This document shows, one piece after another, positions 16,037 through 26,541 of a DNA stretch of 64,000 bases (position 1 is its first letter; each line of letters opens with the position of its first letter). The position numbers and the translations under genes are program-made. Source of the stretch: Acidobacteriota bacterium (GTDB lineage: Bacteria > Acidobacteriota > Thermoanaerobaculia > Multivoradales > Multivoraceae); the NCBI GenBank assembly GCA_028877275.1, contig JAPPFP010000006.1:576775-640774 (forward strand). Direction: 5' to 3'. The notes below the pieces were generated by a model. It saw nothing but the letters and a program-made list of their open reading frames with translations. It was not told the DNA's origin and searched no databases.

Positions 16037-17398
16037 ATGACCACCCCTCTCCGTCTGAAGCGCGACGTGCAGCTCGAGATTCCAGCAGACGAGCGGCCAA
16101 GGTCAGCCCTGCGGAACTTTCCGCAGGGGGATCCGTCCTCCATGGACGTGCCCCGGAGTCGGCGGAGAAGACGCGTCCTCCAGCTTGCGGGCATTGGTGT
16201 GGCGGCCGTTGTCCTGATCGCGGCGTTCGTCTTCGTGGCGAGCCTGGAGCCCGCGCTGCCTGTTGTCGATGCGGACATGGTCTGGATCGGCACCGTGGAA
16301 CGTGGCGAGTTCGTGCGCGAGGTGCGGGGCCCCGGCAAGCTCGTGCCGATGCGACATCGCTGGATCACGGCGCTGACGCCGGGTCGAGTGGACGAGATCC
16401 TCCTTCAACCGGGAACCACGGTGTCCCCCGAGACGCCCCTGTTCCGGCTGGCAAATCCAGACGTTGCGGTCGAGCTTCTCACTGTGCGCCAGCAGCTCTC
16501 CGACGCGGAGGCGGAGCTGGTGTCCCTGGACGCTTCTCTGGAGTCTGAAGAGCTGGCGCAGCGTGCACTCGTCCTCCAGGTACGTACGCAGTACCTGGAA
16601 GCCAGACATCGGGACGAAACGAACCGCGAGCTGGAGACGAAGAGCCCCGGACTGGTGTCCAGCTTCGACATGGCGCGCGGCGTGGAGTTGGTCGCTGAGC
16701 TGGAAGATCGCCTCAGGATCGAGGGCCGGCGTCTGGCCCTGCTCGACGAGTCGGCGGCGGAGCAGATCGAGGCGCGGAGCATCCACGTGGACCGTCTGCG
16801 CTCGATCGTGCGTGCGAGCGAACAGCGGGTCGATTCGCTCGTGGCGCGTGCTGGCGTGGCCGGTGTTGTGGCCGAGATCGCGGTCGAGGAAGGCCAGTGG
16901 GTACAAGCCGGCGACACCCTCGGTCGCGTGGTCCAGCCGGAGCGGCTGAAGGCGGAGCTCCGGGTCCCGCAGAACCAGGCGGAACAGGTCCTGATCGGTC
17001 AGCGGGCAGTGATCGATACCCGGGTGGACGTGATGGACGGGCACGTAGCGCGAGTTGACCCCGCCGTTCGTGACGGAGCAGTGACTGTGGATGTCTCCCT
17101 GACCGCCGAGCTTCCTGCCAGCGCGCGGTTCAACATGAGCGTCGACGGTACCGTGGTCATCGAACGAGTCGCCGACGTGACCTACATGACCCGGCCGGTG
17201 GCAGCGAGACCGGAGGAGAGGTTGGCGCTCTTCCGTCTCGACGACGGCGGGGAGGTGGCCGAGCGGGTGAATGTGCTCGTGGGCCGAGTGTCGGTCAAGG
17301 AGGTCGAAGTTGTTGAGGGCTTGAGTCCTGGTGACCGGGTGATCCTGTCGGACATGTCCGCCTGGGACGACCACGAACGTCTTCTCCTGGAGTGGTGA
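16037..17398 (+). CDS. HlyD/MacA-family periplasmic adaptor (membrane fusion protein)
   Basis: A single N-terminal TM helix is followed by coiled-coil, biotinyl-lipoyl-like and beta-barrel segments. An alternative start is the ATG at 16142. Confidence 0.8.
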   Translation: MTTPLRLKRDVQLEIPADERPRSALRNFPQGDPSSMDVPRSRRRRRVLQLAGIGVAAVVLIAAFVFVASLEPALPVVDADMVWIGTVERGEFVREVRGPGKLVPMRHRWITALTPGRVDEILLQPGTTVSPETPLFRLANPDVAVELLTVRQQLSDAEAELVSLDASLESEELAQRALVLQVRTQYLEARHRDETNRELETKSPGLVSSFDMARGVELVAELEDRLRIEGRRLALLDESAAEQIEARSIHVDRLRSIVRASEQRVDSLVARAGVAGVVAEIAVEEGQWVQAGDTLGRVVQPERLKAELRVPQNQAEQVLIGQRAVIDTRVDVMDGHVARVDPAVRDGAVTVDVSLTAELPASARFNMSVDGTVVIERVADVTYMTRPVAARPEERLALFRLDDGGEVAERVNVLVGRVSVKEVEVVEGLSPGDRVILSDMSAWDDHERLLLEW

Positions 17399-17445
17399 AG
17401 GTGGCTGGGGCGATTTCAAGGGATAACGGAGAACGGAGAGGTGCC

Positions 17446-18141
17446 ATGGCGGAGACGGTTCCCCCCATCATTCACTTGCGGGATCTCGACAAGGTGTTCT
17501 ACACCGACGAAGTCGAGACCCACGCACTCAGCAAGGTCCACCTGGACATAGAACGCGGAGAGTTCGTGTCCATCGCCGGCCCCTCGGGTTGCGGTAAATC
17601 GACGTTGCTCAGCATCATCGGTCTGCTCGATGTCGCCACGGAAGGCAGCTACGAACTCGACGGCAGATCCGTACGGAACTTCGGGCCGTCGGTGCGTGCT
17701 CGCGTCCGTAACGAAGCGATCGGCTTCATCTTTCAGGCGTTCAATCTGATCGGTGACCTGACGGTCTACCAGAACGTCGAGCTGCCGCTGGTCTATCGGG
17801 GCAGTCCCCGCAAGGAGCGCAGGCGGCGGGTCTTCACTGCCCTGGAACGCATCGGCATGACTCATCGCGCGAACCACTTCCCGGCGCAGCTTTCCGGAGG
17901 TCAGCAGCAGCGCGTCGCGGTATCCCGGGCGATTGTCGGCGACCCGCTCATCCTGCTGGCGGACGAGCCCACCGGCAACCTGGATTCGGCCAACGGGCAG
18001 GCCGTGATGCAGCTCCTCGGCGAGCTGCATGGCGGTGGAGCCACGGTCTGCATGGTGACGCACGACCCGCGCTACGCCGGGGTAGCTGGTCGCACCGTGC
18101 ACCTGCTCGATGGTCGCATCGTCGACGAGAACGAAACCTAG
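17446..18141 (+). CDS. ABC transporter ATP-binding protein (MacB/LolD-type)
   Basis: Walker A is GPSGCGKST, the signature is LSGGQQQRV, and Walker B is [15 protein letters not shown] ribosome-binding site lies upstream. Confidence 0.9.
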   Translation: MAETVPPIIHLRDLDKVFYTDEVETHALSKVHLDIERGEFVSIAGPSGCGKSTLLSIIGLLDVATEGSYELDGRSVRNFGPSVRARVRNEAIGFIFQAFNLIGDLTVYQNVELPLVYRGSPRKERRRRVFTALERIGMTHRANHFPAQLSGGQQQRVAVSRAIVGDPLILLADEPTGNLDSANGQAVMQLLGELHGGGATVCMVTHDPRYAGVAGRTVHLLDGRIVDENET

Positions 18142-18159
18142 CCGGGGAGATCCACGAAC

Positions 18160-20673
18160 GTGTTGACTGAACTCCATCACGCGGTGCGCAGCCTGGCCCG
18201 CACGCCCGCGTTCACCGCATTGGCGGTGCTGACGCTCGGAGTCGGCATCGGAGCTGCGACGGCGGCGTACACGGTGTTGAGACAAGTAGTGTTCGACCCG
18301 CTCGACTACCCGGAGGTCGACCGACTGCTGGTGCTGCGTAGCGGTGTGCCGGGCGCCGGTCCCGAGGTGGAATGGGGACTCTCGTCGGCCCAGTTCTTCC
18401 ATCTGACAGGAAACGCCGATTCGCTCTCCGTCCTCGGTGCATACGCAACAGGGTCGCAGAGTGTGTTGGCGGGCGACGGCTTCCATCGTGCCGTGGTCGC
18501 GGAGGCGACGGCCGGAATCCTGCCGCTGATCGGCGCACGTGCTCGGCTTGGTCGTCTTATCGACGAGGCCGACGACGATCCGGGCGCCCCCCTCGTGGCC
18601 GTGCTCTCCCATGGCTACTGGCAACAGCGCCTGGGTGCCGACCCCGACATCGTCGGAAAGACGATCCGGTTCGACCCAGGGATCGTCGGGCAGCCGCTCC
18701 CCGAGGCGATCATCCTGCAGAGGTTGACGTTCGAGGTCGTCGGTGTGCTTGAGCCCGGTACGTCCATCCCGGGCACATCCACCGGCGGTGGCGCCGGACT
18801 CGAGCGTCCGGAGATCTGGATTCCATACGTCCTCGATGCCGCGGGGCCCTTCTTCAACGATCACGGTCTGAACGTCCTGGCGAGCCTCGCACCCGGCCAC
18901 ACCTTGAGAGAGGCGAGAGCGGAACTCGATCTCCTCACCGGCCAGCTCGAGGAGGCCTATCCGCAGGTCTACGACGGGGACTTCGTGGAACGGTTCGGTT
19001 TTCAGACGCGCGCCTACCGCGTGAAGGACTCGGTGTTGGGAGACATCGCCCTGAGGTTGTGGCTCCTGCAGGGAGCTGTCGCTCTCCTGCTGCTGATCGC
19101 GTGGGCGAACGCGGTCAACCTCGTGCTGGCGCGAGTCGAGACGAACCGGGCGCAGTTGGCGGTTCGAACGTCACTCGGCGCTACGCGCGTCCACGTTGTT
19201 CGCTATCTGGCCGCGCAGAGTCTTCTGCTCGCGGTTGGGGGCGCGGTGACGGGTTGGCTTGCCTCCTGGTTCGTCACAGGCTGGCTCGTTCGTGCCGCGC
19301 CGTCGCTTCCGCGGCTCGACGAGGTCACGATGGATGCCGGCGTGTTGAGTTTCGTCGTCGTCCTCTCTCTGGTAGCGGCTCTAGCTCTCGCGGTGTTCGC
19401 GGCATGGCCGCTTGGAAGGGCCATCGACCTGGCGGGGGCCGGTCGGGGCGCCACGGAAGACCGGCGCCGGCGCCGGGCTCGCGCCGCGGTGCTCGTCGCT
19501 CAGGTCACGCTGTCACTGACGTTGGTGTTTGCGGCAGGGCTCGTGCTGACCAGCTTTCGGGCCCTGGCGGATGTGGATCCCGGAATCGACGCCGACGGGG
19601 TCCTCACCGCCTCCATCTATCCGAACAGCGGTCACGTGGACGGAGCAAGCTGGTGGCGAGTCGTCCAGCAGATGCGAGAGGACCTCGAGGCCCTGCCCGG
19701 CGTCAGCGATGTCGGCGCATCTTCGGCTCTTCCCATGACGGGCCGGCTGGTTGGGTGCGTGGCCCAGGAGTTCGAAGATCCTGCAGCGAGAGAACGTCTC
19801 AGCGCTTCTGATCTCAACTCCTGTGCGGTCTTCGCGCTCGCTACTCCGGGCTGGTTCGAGGCGATGGGTGTCCCGGTCCTGAAGGGCAGGGCGTTTGAGG
19901 AGTCCGACCTGGACGACCCGGCGGTTGGCGCCGTCGTCGTCAGCCGGGCCTTTGCCGAGCGCTTCTACCCGGGCGAGGATCCGCTGGGAAAGCGAATCGC
20001 TGCCTATGGTGCGCCATGGCACTCGATCGTGGGTGTCGTTGGAGACGTCTTCGGAGGTTCGGTCAACGGCGATCCGGCTCTCGTCGTGTACTACCCGTTG
20101 ACACCGATACCTGGAGCTCGCTGGGGCAGCTACGACTTGAAACTGGCGGTCCGCACGGAACTCGCCCAGCCCGGGGCCCTGGTTCCGGAGATGGCGGCCG
20201 CGGTGGAAGCCCTGGATCCCGAGATCATCGTGCAGGATGTCGAGGCCATGGCGGCAGTCGTCCGGCGCTCGATGAGCGGCACGCGGTTTGCGCTCGCGTT
20301 GCTGGCCGGAATGGCCGCGGGCGCGCTGACCCTTGCGATGGTCGGACTGTACGGTGTCGTTGTGTATCTCGCTGCGCGGCGAACGCGCGAGGTTGGCATT
20401 CGTGTGGCCCTGGGCGCGAAGAGTGGGCAGATACGGCGCATGATGGTGGCTGAAATGTCAAGGCTCGTGGCCGCGGGACTGGTCCTTGGTTGCCTGGCCG
20501 GCCTTGCTGCCGAAACGGCTCTGCGCAGCCGGCTGTTCGGGATCGCTTCCACGGGTCCGGTGGTCCTGGTGCTCGCGGCGCTCGCACTGGCGCTTGCGGC
20601 GGGTCTGGCGACCTGGGTGGCGGCCGGGCGTGCTGCCCGTGTGTCGCCAGTGGAAGCCCTGCGAATCGAGTAG
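18160..20673 (+). CDS. ABC transporter permease, duplicated FtsX/MacB-type (ADOP-like, 837 aa)
   Basis: The protein has an N-terminal TM helix plus a MacB-like periplasmic domain, and the 4-TM FtsX module is present twice. Confidence 0.85.
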   Translation: MLTELHHAVRSLARTPAFTALAVLTLGVGIGAATAAYTVLRQVVFDPLDYPEVDRLLVLRSGVPGAGPEVEWGLSSAQFFHLTGNADSLSVLGAYATGSQSVLAGDGFHRAVVAEATAGILPLIGARARLGRLIDEADDDPGAPLVAVLSHGYWQQRLGADPDIVGKTIRFDPGIVGQPLPEAIILQRLTFEVVGVLEPGTSIPGTSTGGGAGLERPEIWIPYVLDAAGPFFNDHGLNVLASLAPGHTLREARAELDLLTGQLEEAYPQVYDGDFVERFGFQTRAYRVKDSVLGDIALRLWLLQGAVALLLLIAWANAVNLVLARVETNRAQLAVRTSLGATRVHVVRYLAAQSLLLAVGGAVTGWLASWFVTGWLVRAAPSLPRLDEVTMDAGVLSFVVVLSLVAALALAVFAAWPLGRAIDLAGAGRGATEDRRRRRARAAVLVAQVTLSLTLVFAAGLVLTSFRALADVDPGIDADGVLTASIYPNSGHVDGASWWRVVQQMREDLEALPGVSDVGASSALPMTGRLVGCVAQEFEDPAARERLSASDLNSCAVFALATPGWFEAMGVPVLKGRAFEESDLDDPAVGAVVVSRAFAERFYPGEDPLGKRIAAYGAPWHSIVGVVGDVFGGSVNGDPALVVYYPLTPIPGARWGSYDLKLAVRTELAQPGALVPEMAAAVEALDPEIIVQDVEAMAAVVRRSMSGTRFALALLAGMAAGALTLAMVGLYGVVVYLAARRTREVGIRVALGAKSGQIRRMMVAEMSRLVAAGLVLGCLAGLAAETALRSRLFGIASTGPVVLVLAALALALAAGLATWVAAGRAARVSPVEALRIE

Positions 20674-20676
20674 CGG

Positions 20677-22035
20677 ATGCCGGTCGCAAGTCCACGCGTG
20701 TTGATAGCCGACGATCAGTCAGACGTCGTTGAAGCGCTGCGGATCCTGCTGAAGAACGCGGGCTTCGAGGTGCTGACTGCCTGTTCGCCGAAAGCCGTTG
20801 TCTCGACGGTCGCCACCCGTGACCTCGACTGCGTCCTGATGGATCTCAACTACACCCGCGACACCACGTCGGGGAGCGAGGGGCTCGACCTGCTCCGGAG
20901 CATCGGAAGCCAGGATCCGCACCTGCCCGTTGTCGTCATGACCGGCTGGGGGAGCGTTGACGGCGCCGTCGAAGCGATGCGACGAGGCGCGCGCGACTAC
21001 ATTGAGAAGCCTTGGAACAACGACCGCCTCCTGGCGACGCTGGCGACGCAGGTGGAGTTCGGCAGGGCCAAGCGGCACGGAGAGCGACTCACTGGCGCCA
21101 ACCGGCGAAACGCCGCCGGCATGGCGGACTTCATTGCCGAGTCGGCGGCGATGAAGCCTGTGCTCGAACTGATGGCCAAGGTCGGGCCTTCAGACGCCAA
21201 TGTACTCATTTGCGGAGAGCACGGCACCGGCAAGGACGTGGCCGCGCGGTGGCTGCACAAGGTGTCCGACCGGTCGGGTGAGTCGTTCGTGGCGGTGAAC
21301 GCCGGTGGCTTCGGCGAAGGCGTGTTCGAGAGCGAGGTTCTGGGCCACGTAAGAGGGGCTTTCACGGACGCCAGGAACGATCGCGCCGGGTGTTTCGAAC
21401 TCGCGGATCGCGGCACCCTGTTTCTCGACGAGATCGCCAACGTTCCGTATCGGCAGCAGGCGGTGCTTCTGCGGGTTCTCGAAGCCGGTGAGATCCGGCG
21501 CGTCGGCTCGGCCAAGACCCAGCGTGTCGATGTCCGGGTGCTGTCGGCTACGAACGCGAACATCGGGGCCGCAGTCGCGAACAGCGAGTTCCGCGAGGAT
21601 CTGCTCTATCGCTTGAACACGGTCGAGATACGTCTTCCCGCGCTGCGTGACAGGCGGGAGGACATTCCCATCCTCGCCGGGCACTTCCTCACACGCCAGT
21701 CCCGTCGCTACGACAAGGAGATCGACGGATTCGAGAACGATGCCCTGAAGGCGCTGCTGGGCCATCCCTGGCCAGGCAACGTCCGCGAACTGAAGCACGC
21801 CGTCGAGCGTGCCGTGCTCGTTGCCGGTGGCGGGAGGATTGCAGCCGAGGACCTTGGCCTTCGGCCGGTAGTCGCCGGGCAGGAACGTCTTGCGACGATG
21901 ACGTTGCATGAGGCCGAGGGCCTGCTGGTGGAGAAGGCTCTCGTCCGACACGGCGGGAACGTGACGCGAGCCGCGGAGGAGCTCGGCGTGAGCCGAGCCG
22001 CCCTGTACCGCAAGATGGAGCGTCATGGGCTGTGA
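20677..22035 (+). CDS. Sigma-54-dependent response regulator (NtrC/Fis family: REC + AAA+ + HTH)
   Basis: The REC domain carries the conserved Asp (LDCVLMDLNY). The AAA+ domain has GEHGTGKD and the GAFTDA motif. The C-terminus is a Fis-type helix-turn-helix. Confidence 0.9.
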   Translation: MPVASPRVLIADDQSDVVEALRILLKNAGFEVLTACSPKAVVSTVATRDLDCVLMDLNYTRDTTSGSEGLDLLRSIGSQDPHLPVVVMTGWGSVDGAVEAMRRGARDYIEKPWNNDRLLATLATQVEFGRAKRHGERLTGANRRNAAGMADFIAESAAMKPVLELMAKVGPSDANVLICGEHGTGKDVAARWLHKVSDRSGESFVAVNAGGFGEGVFESEVLGHVRGAFTDARNDRAGCFELADRGTLFLDEIANVPYRQQAVLLRVLEAGEIRRVGSAKTQRVDVRVLSATNANIGAAVANSEFREDLLYRLNTVEIRLPALRDRREDIPILAGHFLTRQSRRYDKEIDGFENDALKALLGHPWPGNVRELKHAVERAVLVAGGGRIAAEDLGLRPVVAGQERLATMTLHEAEGLLVEKALVRHGGNVTRAAEELGVSRAALYRKMERHGL

Positions 22036-23356
22036 CCGCCGGATCCTCGCGCTCGCGCTGCTGACCGGTGCCCCCGGCGTTGCGGCGGCCATCGTCCTGT
22101 TGTGGTCCGTCGGATACCCGGCTGCACTGCGCTGGTCGGTGAGCGTGGCGATCGTGGGGATGTGGGTCCTTCTCGCTTTCTACCTGCGTGGGAGCGTGAA
22201 CCGGCAGTTGAGGGTTTTCGTGCGCTTGCTCGCCGCGCTCCGGGAGGGCGAGTACTCGGTACGCGTCCCGGGTGCAAACGGGAGGGACCGTGCGGACCGG
22301 AACGATCCCTGGACGCTCACGCTGACAGCAATCGGACAGCTCGAAGAGCGTTTCCGCGACGAGCGTTGGGGCGAGGAGGAAGCGAGCAGCCTGCTGCAGC
22401 GGGTACTGGTCGAGATCGACGTAGCGGTCTTCGCGTTCGATGCCGGCAACTGTCTCCAGTTGGTGAACCGGGCCGGCGAGCAGTTCCTCGGGGGAGAGAG
22501 CTCGGAGCTGCTTGGCAGGACGGCGGCCGAGCTCGGGCTCGATGACACGCTGGTCGGCGTCGCACCCCGGACGATCGCTCGCCGGGATCCTGCCGGCTCA
22601 CGTCAATGGCAGGTACAGCGCAGCGTGATCCGCAGAGGCGGTGAACCTCTGACGCTGGTGGCGCTCACGGACCTCTCCGTTGCGCTGCGCGAAGAGGAGC
22701 GTCAGACCTGGAGGCGTCTGATCCGCGTCCTGAGTCACGAGATCAACAACTCTCTGGCGCCGATCGGGTCGATCTCCGCGAGCCTGCGTGAAGTCATTCT
22801 CCGTCAGCCGCTTCCGAGCGACTGGCGGGGCGATGTGGAGCGCGGTCTCGAAATCGTGTCGTGCCGTTCGGAATCCCTGCAGCGCTTCATGGCGGCGTAC
22901 TCGAATCTCGCGCGACTGCCGCCGCCCGAACTCACGGAGGTCGAGATCGGACCCCTCGTGCGCCGCATCGCCGCGCTGGAGACCCGGCTGCCTGTCGCGG
23001 TTCGAGCCGGACCCGCGGTTACGCTCCGCGCCGATCCCGACCAGCTCGAACAGGCGCTCGTCAACGTGATCCGCAACGCTGCCGATGCGGCGATCGAGAC
23101 AGGCGGCGGCGTCGAGGTGGGGTGGGAACGCCGCGCCGACCGCGTGAGGATGGTCGTCGAGGATGAAGGGCCCGGGCTCGCGGAAACGGAGAACCTGTTC
23201 GTCCCCTTCTACTCGACGAAGGTCGGGGGAGCCGGGATCGGTCTGGTGTTGAGTCAACACATCGCGCAGAACCACGACGGGTCTCTGGTGCTGCAGAACC
23301 GGCCGGAGGGCGGGGGCGCCCGGGCGTGTTTCGAGCTTCCTATCGGGGGTGCGTGA
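22025..23356 (+). CDS. Sensor histidine kinase (TM + HisKA + HATPase_c)
   Basis: The H-box is LSHEINNSL. The G-box is GGAGIGLVLSQHIAQ. The gene overlaps the regulator's stop by 11 nt. Confidence 0.85.
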   Translation: MGCDRRILALALLTGAPGVAAAIVLLWSVGYPAALRWSVSVAIVGMWVLLAFYLRGSVNRQLRVFVRLLAALREGEYSVRVPGANGRDRADRNDPWTLTLTAIGQLEERFRDERWGEEEASSLLQRVLVEIDVAVFAFDAGNCLQLVNRAGEQFLGGESSELLGRTAAELGLDDTLVGVAPRTIARRDPAGSRQWQVQRSVIRRGGEPLTLVALTDLSVALREEERQTWRRLIRVLSHEINNSLAPIGSISASLREVILRQPLPSDWRGDVERGLEIVSCRSESLQRFMAAYSNLARLPPPELTEVEIGPLVRRIAALETRLPVAVRAGPAVTLRADPDQLEQALVNVIRNAADAAIETGGGVEVGWERRADRVRMVVEDEGPGLAETENLFVPFYSTKVGGAGIGLVLSQHIAQNHDGSLVLQNRPEGGGARACFELPIGGA

Positions 23357-23370
23357 CTGCCCGCGACTTT

Positions 23371-24789
23371 CTACGAGCCCTCACTCGGAAAGTAGTACGT
23401 CATCCCGTCGAAGTCGATCGTCCACGACCCCTTGGGCCAGAGGTACTGGTGCGAGATCAGGACGTCCGCCATGAAGCCGGAACTCCAGAAGAAGTCGCTT
23501 TCGACGAAGACGTTGCCGAGCGCCTGGGCCGGTCCGCTGGGCAGACCGTCGAGGCCGTGGGACGCGATCGGGGACCAGTAGTAGGGCGTTCCCTCGATCT
23601 CGGTCTTCTCGAGCTCGAGGAACTCGACGGTTTCCTCGACGATGACGAGCGGCATGCTCGCGGCAAGGCCCGAATCCAGGAAGTAGTTCATCCCCGGGTG
23701 GCCGTTCAGGCTGCCCTTCGCGAACATCAGGTGGGTGCTGGTCATGTAGAAGGGCGCTTCGACGGGCGGCGTGCCGCCGAAGGTCTCCATCACGTCGGCA
23801 AGGGCCTCGGCGCTTCGCTCGCGGAAGGTGATGCGGCGGTTGTCGTAGTCGACCGTCGTCAGGAACTGCCTGAGGATCTGCGTGGTCAGCACGCCGTCGG
23901 AGGTCTGGCCGAGGGCCTTCCAGGTCGCGCCGATGACCGGCACGTTGGAGAGCGTCACGTCGCCCATCGTGACGGTCGCGGCGACGCCTAGCGGTTCCTC
24001 GACCGTCTCGCCCCTTGTGTAGGCGTAGCGGGCTTCGCGGTTGGCGAGGGTCGGCAGGCCGAGGCGCTCGTAGATGCCCTTGTCGAGGTAGAGCCGGTCG
24101 CCGCCGGTGTCGAGGATCAGGTTGACCGCCTCGCCGTTGATCTCCAGGGTGACGATCGGCAGGGCGCCGGGTTGCGTGATGTCGTTCGTCATCGGCAGGT
24201 GGGCGATTCGCTCGTCGCCGGTCCATTCGATGCCGTAGGGCTCGCCGTCGAAGGCCTGCATGAAGGTGAGCAGGCTGGCCGAACCTTCCGCCGTGTCCGG
24301 CGCGGGAAGCTCCCGGGCCCTTGTGACGTCGTTGGTCTGGTAGTGGGCCAGCGTCAGCCCGCGGAGGGCCTGGGTGGCGGCGTCCGAGCCCTCGTCGGCG
24401 AGTTCTAGAAGGCGCTCGTTCAGGGTCACAGCCCGGTCGTAGTCGCCCAACAGGTACGCCGTTCTGGCCGCGAGCCGAAGATCGCCCGCGTGGCACGTGG
24501 TCGTCGTGCCCAGGGGTGCGATGACGTCGTTGGCCTCCCAGATGTCGCCCAGCTTGAACAGGACCTCGGCGTAGGCGCGGCGGACCTCGTCGTTGTCAGG
24601 GTCGGCCTCGAAGGCCTCCTGGCGAGAGGGAAGAGCCGCTTCGACGTCGCCCCGGAGCCTCGGATTCCACTCCTCCACGCCGGTGCCGGACAGTTCGCCG
24701 CAGGAAAGGCGGTCGCCTTGACAGCTCCAGCTGGTCAACCCGGTGGCCAACGTGACCAGCGTGACGACGAGCGGCGCAGCGTTCCTCAT
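23371..24789 (-). CDS. Secreted bilobed retropepsin-like aspartyl protease with N-terminal TPR-like region
   Basis: Two Asp-protease half-sites are present, LILDTGGD and FLDSGLAAS. There is a signal peptide. Confidence 0.7.
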   Translation of the reverse strand: MRNAAPLVVTLVTLATGLTSWSCQGDRLSCGELSGTGVEEWNPRLRGDVEAALPSRQEAFEADPDNDEVRRAYAEVLFKLGDIWEANDVIAPLGTTTTCHAGDLRLAARTAYLLGDYDRAVTLNERLLELADEGSDAATQALRGLTLAHYQTNDVTRARELPAPDTAEGSASLLTFMQAFDGEPYGIEWTGDERIAHLPMTNDITQPGALPIVTLEINGEAVNLILDTGGDRLYLDKGIYERLGLPTLANREARYAYTRGETVEEPLGVAATVTMGDVTLSNVPVIGATWKALGQTSDGVLTTQILRQFLTTVDYDNRRITFRERSAEALADVMETFGGTPPVEAPFYMTSTHLMFAKGSLNGHPGMNYFLDSGLAASMPLVIVEETVEFLELEKTEIEGTPYYWSPIASHGLDGLPSGPAQALGNVFVESDFFWSSGFMADVLISHQYLWPKGSWTIDFDGMTYYFPSEGS

Positions 24790-24855
24790 GAGCTACATTC
24801 TCCCTGGTCGGTTTCGTCCCAACTCTACGAACCGTTCCAACTTAGGGAGCCGATC

Positions 24856-25455
24856 ATGACCGACGTCGCCATAGCCGATCCGGACCTGCACACGGGCGAG
24901 GAGCCGATCCTTCGCGAGGCGACCTTCAACCCGAAGGTGCGCACCTACTGGTTGCTGACGGGTGCGTTCGTGTTGACCGTCAGCATCGTCGGAATCCCCC
25001 TTCTCATCTTCTGGTTTCCGATCGGCTACGCCCTGACGGGCCGTTACCTGGAGCGTGTTCGCTGCGTGCTGACCGAGAAGAACCTCCACGTCGCGAGGGG
25101 CGTCCTGGTCCGACAGGAGAAGACGGTTCCCCTGGACAAGATCACGGATCTCGCGATGTCCCATGGTCCGATCATGCGGCAGCTCGGCCTGCGCGGTTTG
25201 TCGGTGGAGACGGCTGGCCAGTCGGGCCCCGGCAGTCTGATCAAGCTGGTCGGCATCGAGGGGACGGAGGAGTTCCGCGCGGCCGTGCTGGCGCAGCGCG
25301 AGCGGGTCGGTGGAGCGGGCGGAGGGTCGGCTGCGCTGGCGCCCGCCACGGCCGCGGAGGGTGAGGCGAGCGTGGAGTCGGCGAAGCTGCTGAGCGAAAT
25401 CAGGGACTCGCTGCTGCGAATCGAGAAGCGGTTGGGCGACGACGGCGGAGGATAG
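24856..25455 (+). CDS. Membrane-anchored bacterial PH-domain protein (bPH_2/YdbS-like)
   Basis: The ATG at 24856 has GGGAG upstream. Two TM helices are followed by a PH-like fold and a Gly-rich tail. The track ORF was trimmed from 24490. Confidence 0.65.
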   Translation: MTDVAIADPDLHTGEEPILREATFNPKVRTYWLLTGAFVLTVSIVGIPLLIFWFPIGYALTGRYLERVRCVLTEKNLHVARGVLVRQEKTVPLDKITDLAMSHGPIMRQLGLRGLSVETAGQSGPGSLIKLVGIEGTEEFRAAVLAQRERVGGAGGGSAALAPATAAEGEASVESAKLLSEIRDSLLRIEKRLGDDGGG

Positions 25456-25510
25456 GGTGCCGCGACCGGCGGGAGGCCGGTGAACAGCCCACGATCCCCG
25501 GAGCCAGCCA

Positions 25511-26524
25511 ATGACCGAGAACCGCCAGATCATCATCGACTCGTTGCCGACGGACCGGCTCGAGCCCGGCAACTATGCGCTCCGGACCGTCGATGTGCCC
25601 GCGCCGGGCGACGGGGAAGTCCTGTGCCGCACGCTGGCAATCACGATCGGGGCAGGCCAGCGGGCCGGTCTCCAGGGCAGCGCGAGTTACGCCGGGGCGC
25701 CGCGTGCCGGCATCGTGATGAGCGGTACGGCGGTGGCGCGCATCGAGGCGTCGAACGACGACGCGGTTCCGGTGGGCTCGCTCGTCGTTTGCCCGGCCGG
25801 TTGGCAGGACTACTCGGTCCACGCGGCGGCGAAGGTGCGCGTCGTCGATGAAGGCAGCGGAGGCGGTGATCCGGCCCACCATCTGGGCGTCTACGGCACG
25901 AACGGCCTGACGGCGTACTTCGGGCTCTTCGACGTCGGGGAGCCGAAGGAAGGGCAAACCGTGCTCGTTTCGGCGGCCGCCGGTTCGGTCGGCCACCTGG
26001 TGGGCCAGATGGCGAAGGTCACCCGTTGCCGCGTCGTCGGCGTCGCCGGCGGCGAGGAGAAGTGCCGGCTGCTCACGGAGGAACTCGGCTTCGACGCCGC
26101 CGTCGACTACAAGAGCCCGAGCTTCCGGAGCGACTTCAAGGAGGCGACGCCCGATCGCATCGACATCTACTTCGACAACACGGGCGGCGAAGTCCTGGGC
26201 AGCGCGCTGCGGCGGATGAAGGTCGGTGGCCGCATCGTCTGCTGCGGCGTCGTCTCCCAGTACGACACGTCGAAGCCCGCGCCGGGGCCGTTCGGCGTCC
26301 CGGGTCTTCTGATCAACTTCCGCGTTCGCATGGAGGGCTTCCTCGTCTTCGACTACGCGAAGCGCTATCCGGAGGCCTGGACCCGGATGCGCGAGTGGGT
26401 CGAGGCCGGCAAACTGGTCCCGAAGCAGGACGTCTTCGAGGGCCTGGAGAAGGCGCCGGAGGCGTTCGTCGACCTGCTGGCCGGCGGCAACGTGGGGACG
26501 CGGATCGTGCGCGTCGCGTCGTGA
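25511..26524 (+). CDS. NADP-dependent oxidoreductase, MDR superfamily (YncB/CurA/prostaglandin reductase-like)
   Basis: The cofactor motif AAAGSVGHLVGQMAK is present, and the N-terminal domain is GroES-like. Confidence 0.85.
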   Translation: MTENRQIIIDSLPTDRLEPGNYALRTVDVPAPGDGEVLCRTLAITIGAGQRAGLQGSASYAGAPRAGIVMSGTAVARIEASNDDAVPVGSLVVCPAGWQDYSVHAAAKVRVVDEGSGGGDPAHHLGVYGTNGLTAYFGLFDVGEPKEGQTVLVSAAAGSVGHLVGQMAKVTRCRVVGVAGGEEKCRLLTEELGFDAAVDYKSPSFRSDFKEATPDRIDIYFDNTGGEVLGSALRRMKVGGRIVCCGVVSQYDTSKPAPGPFGVPGLLINFRVRMEGFLVFDYAKRYPEAWTRMREWVEAGKLVPKQDVFEGLEKAPEAFVDLLAGGNVGTRIVRVAS

Positions 26525-26541
26525 TGGGAGGGAAGGGAACC

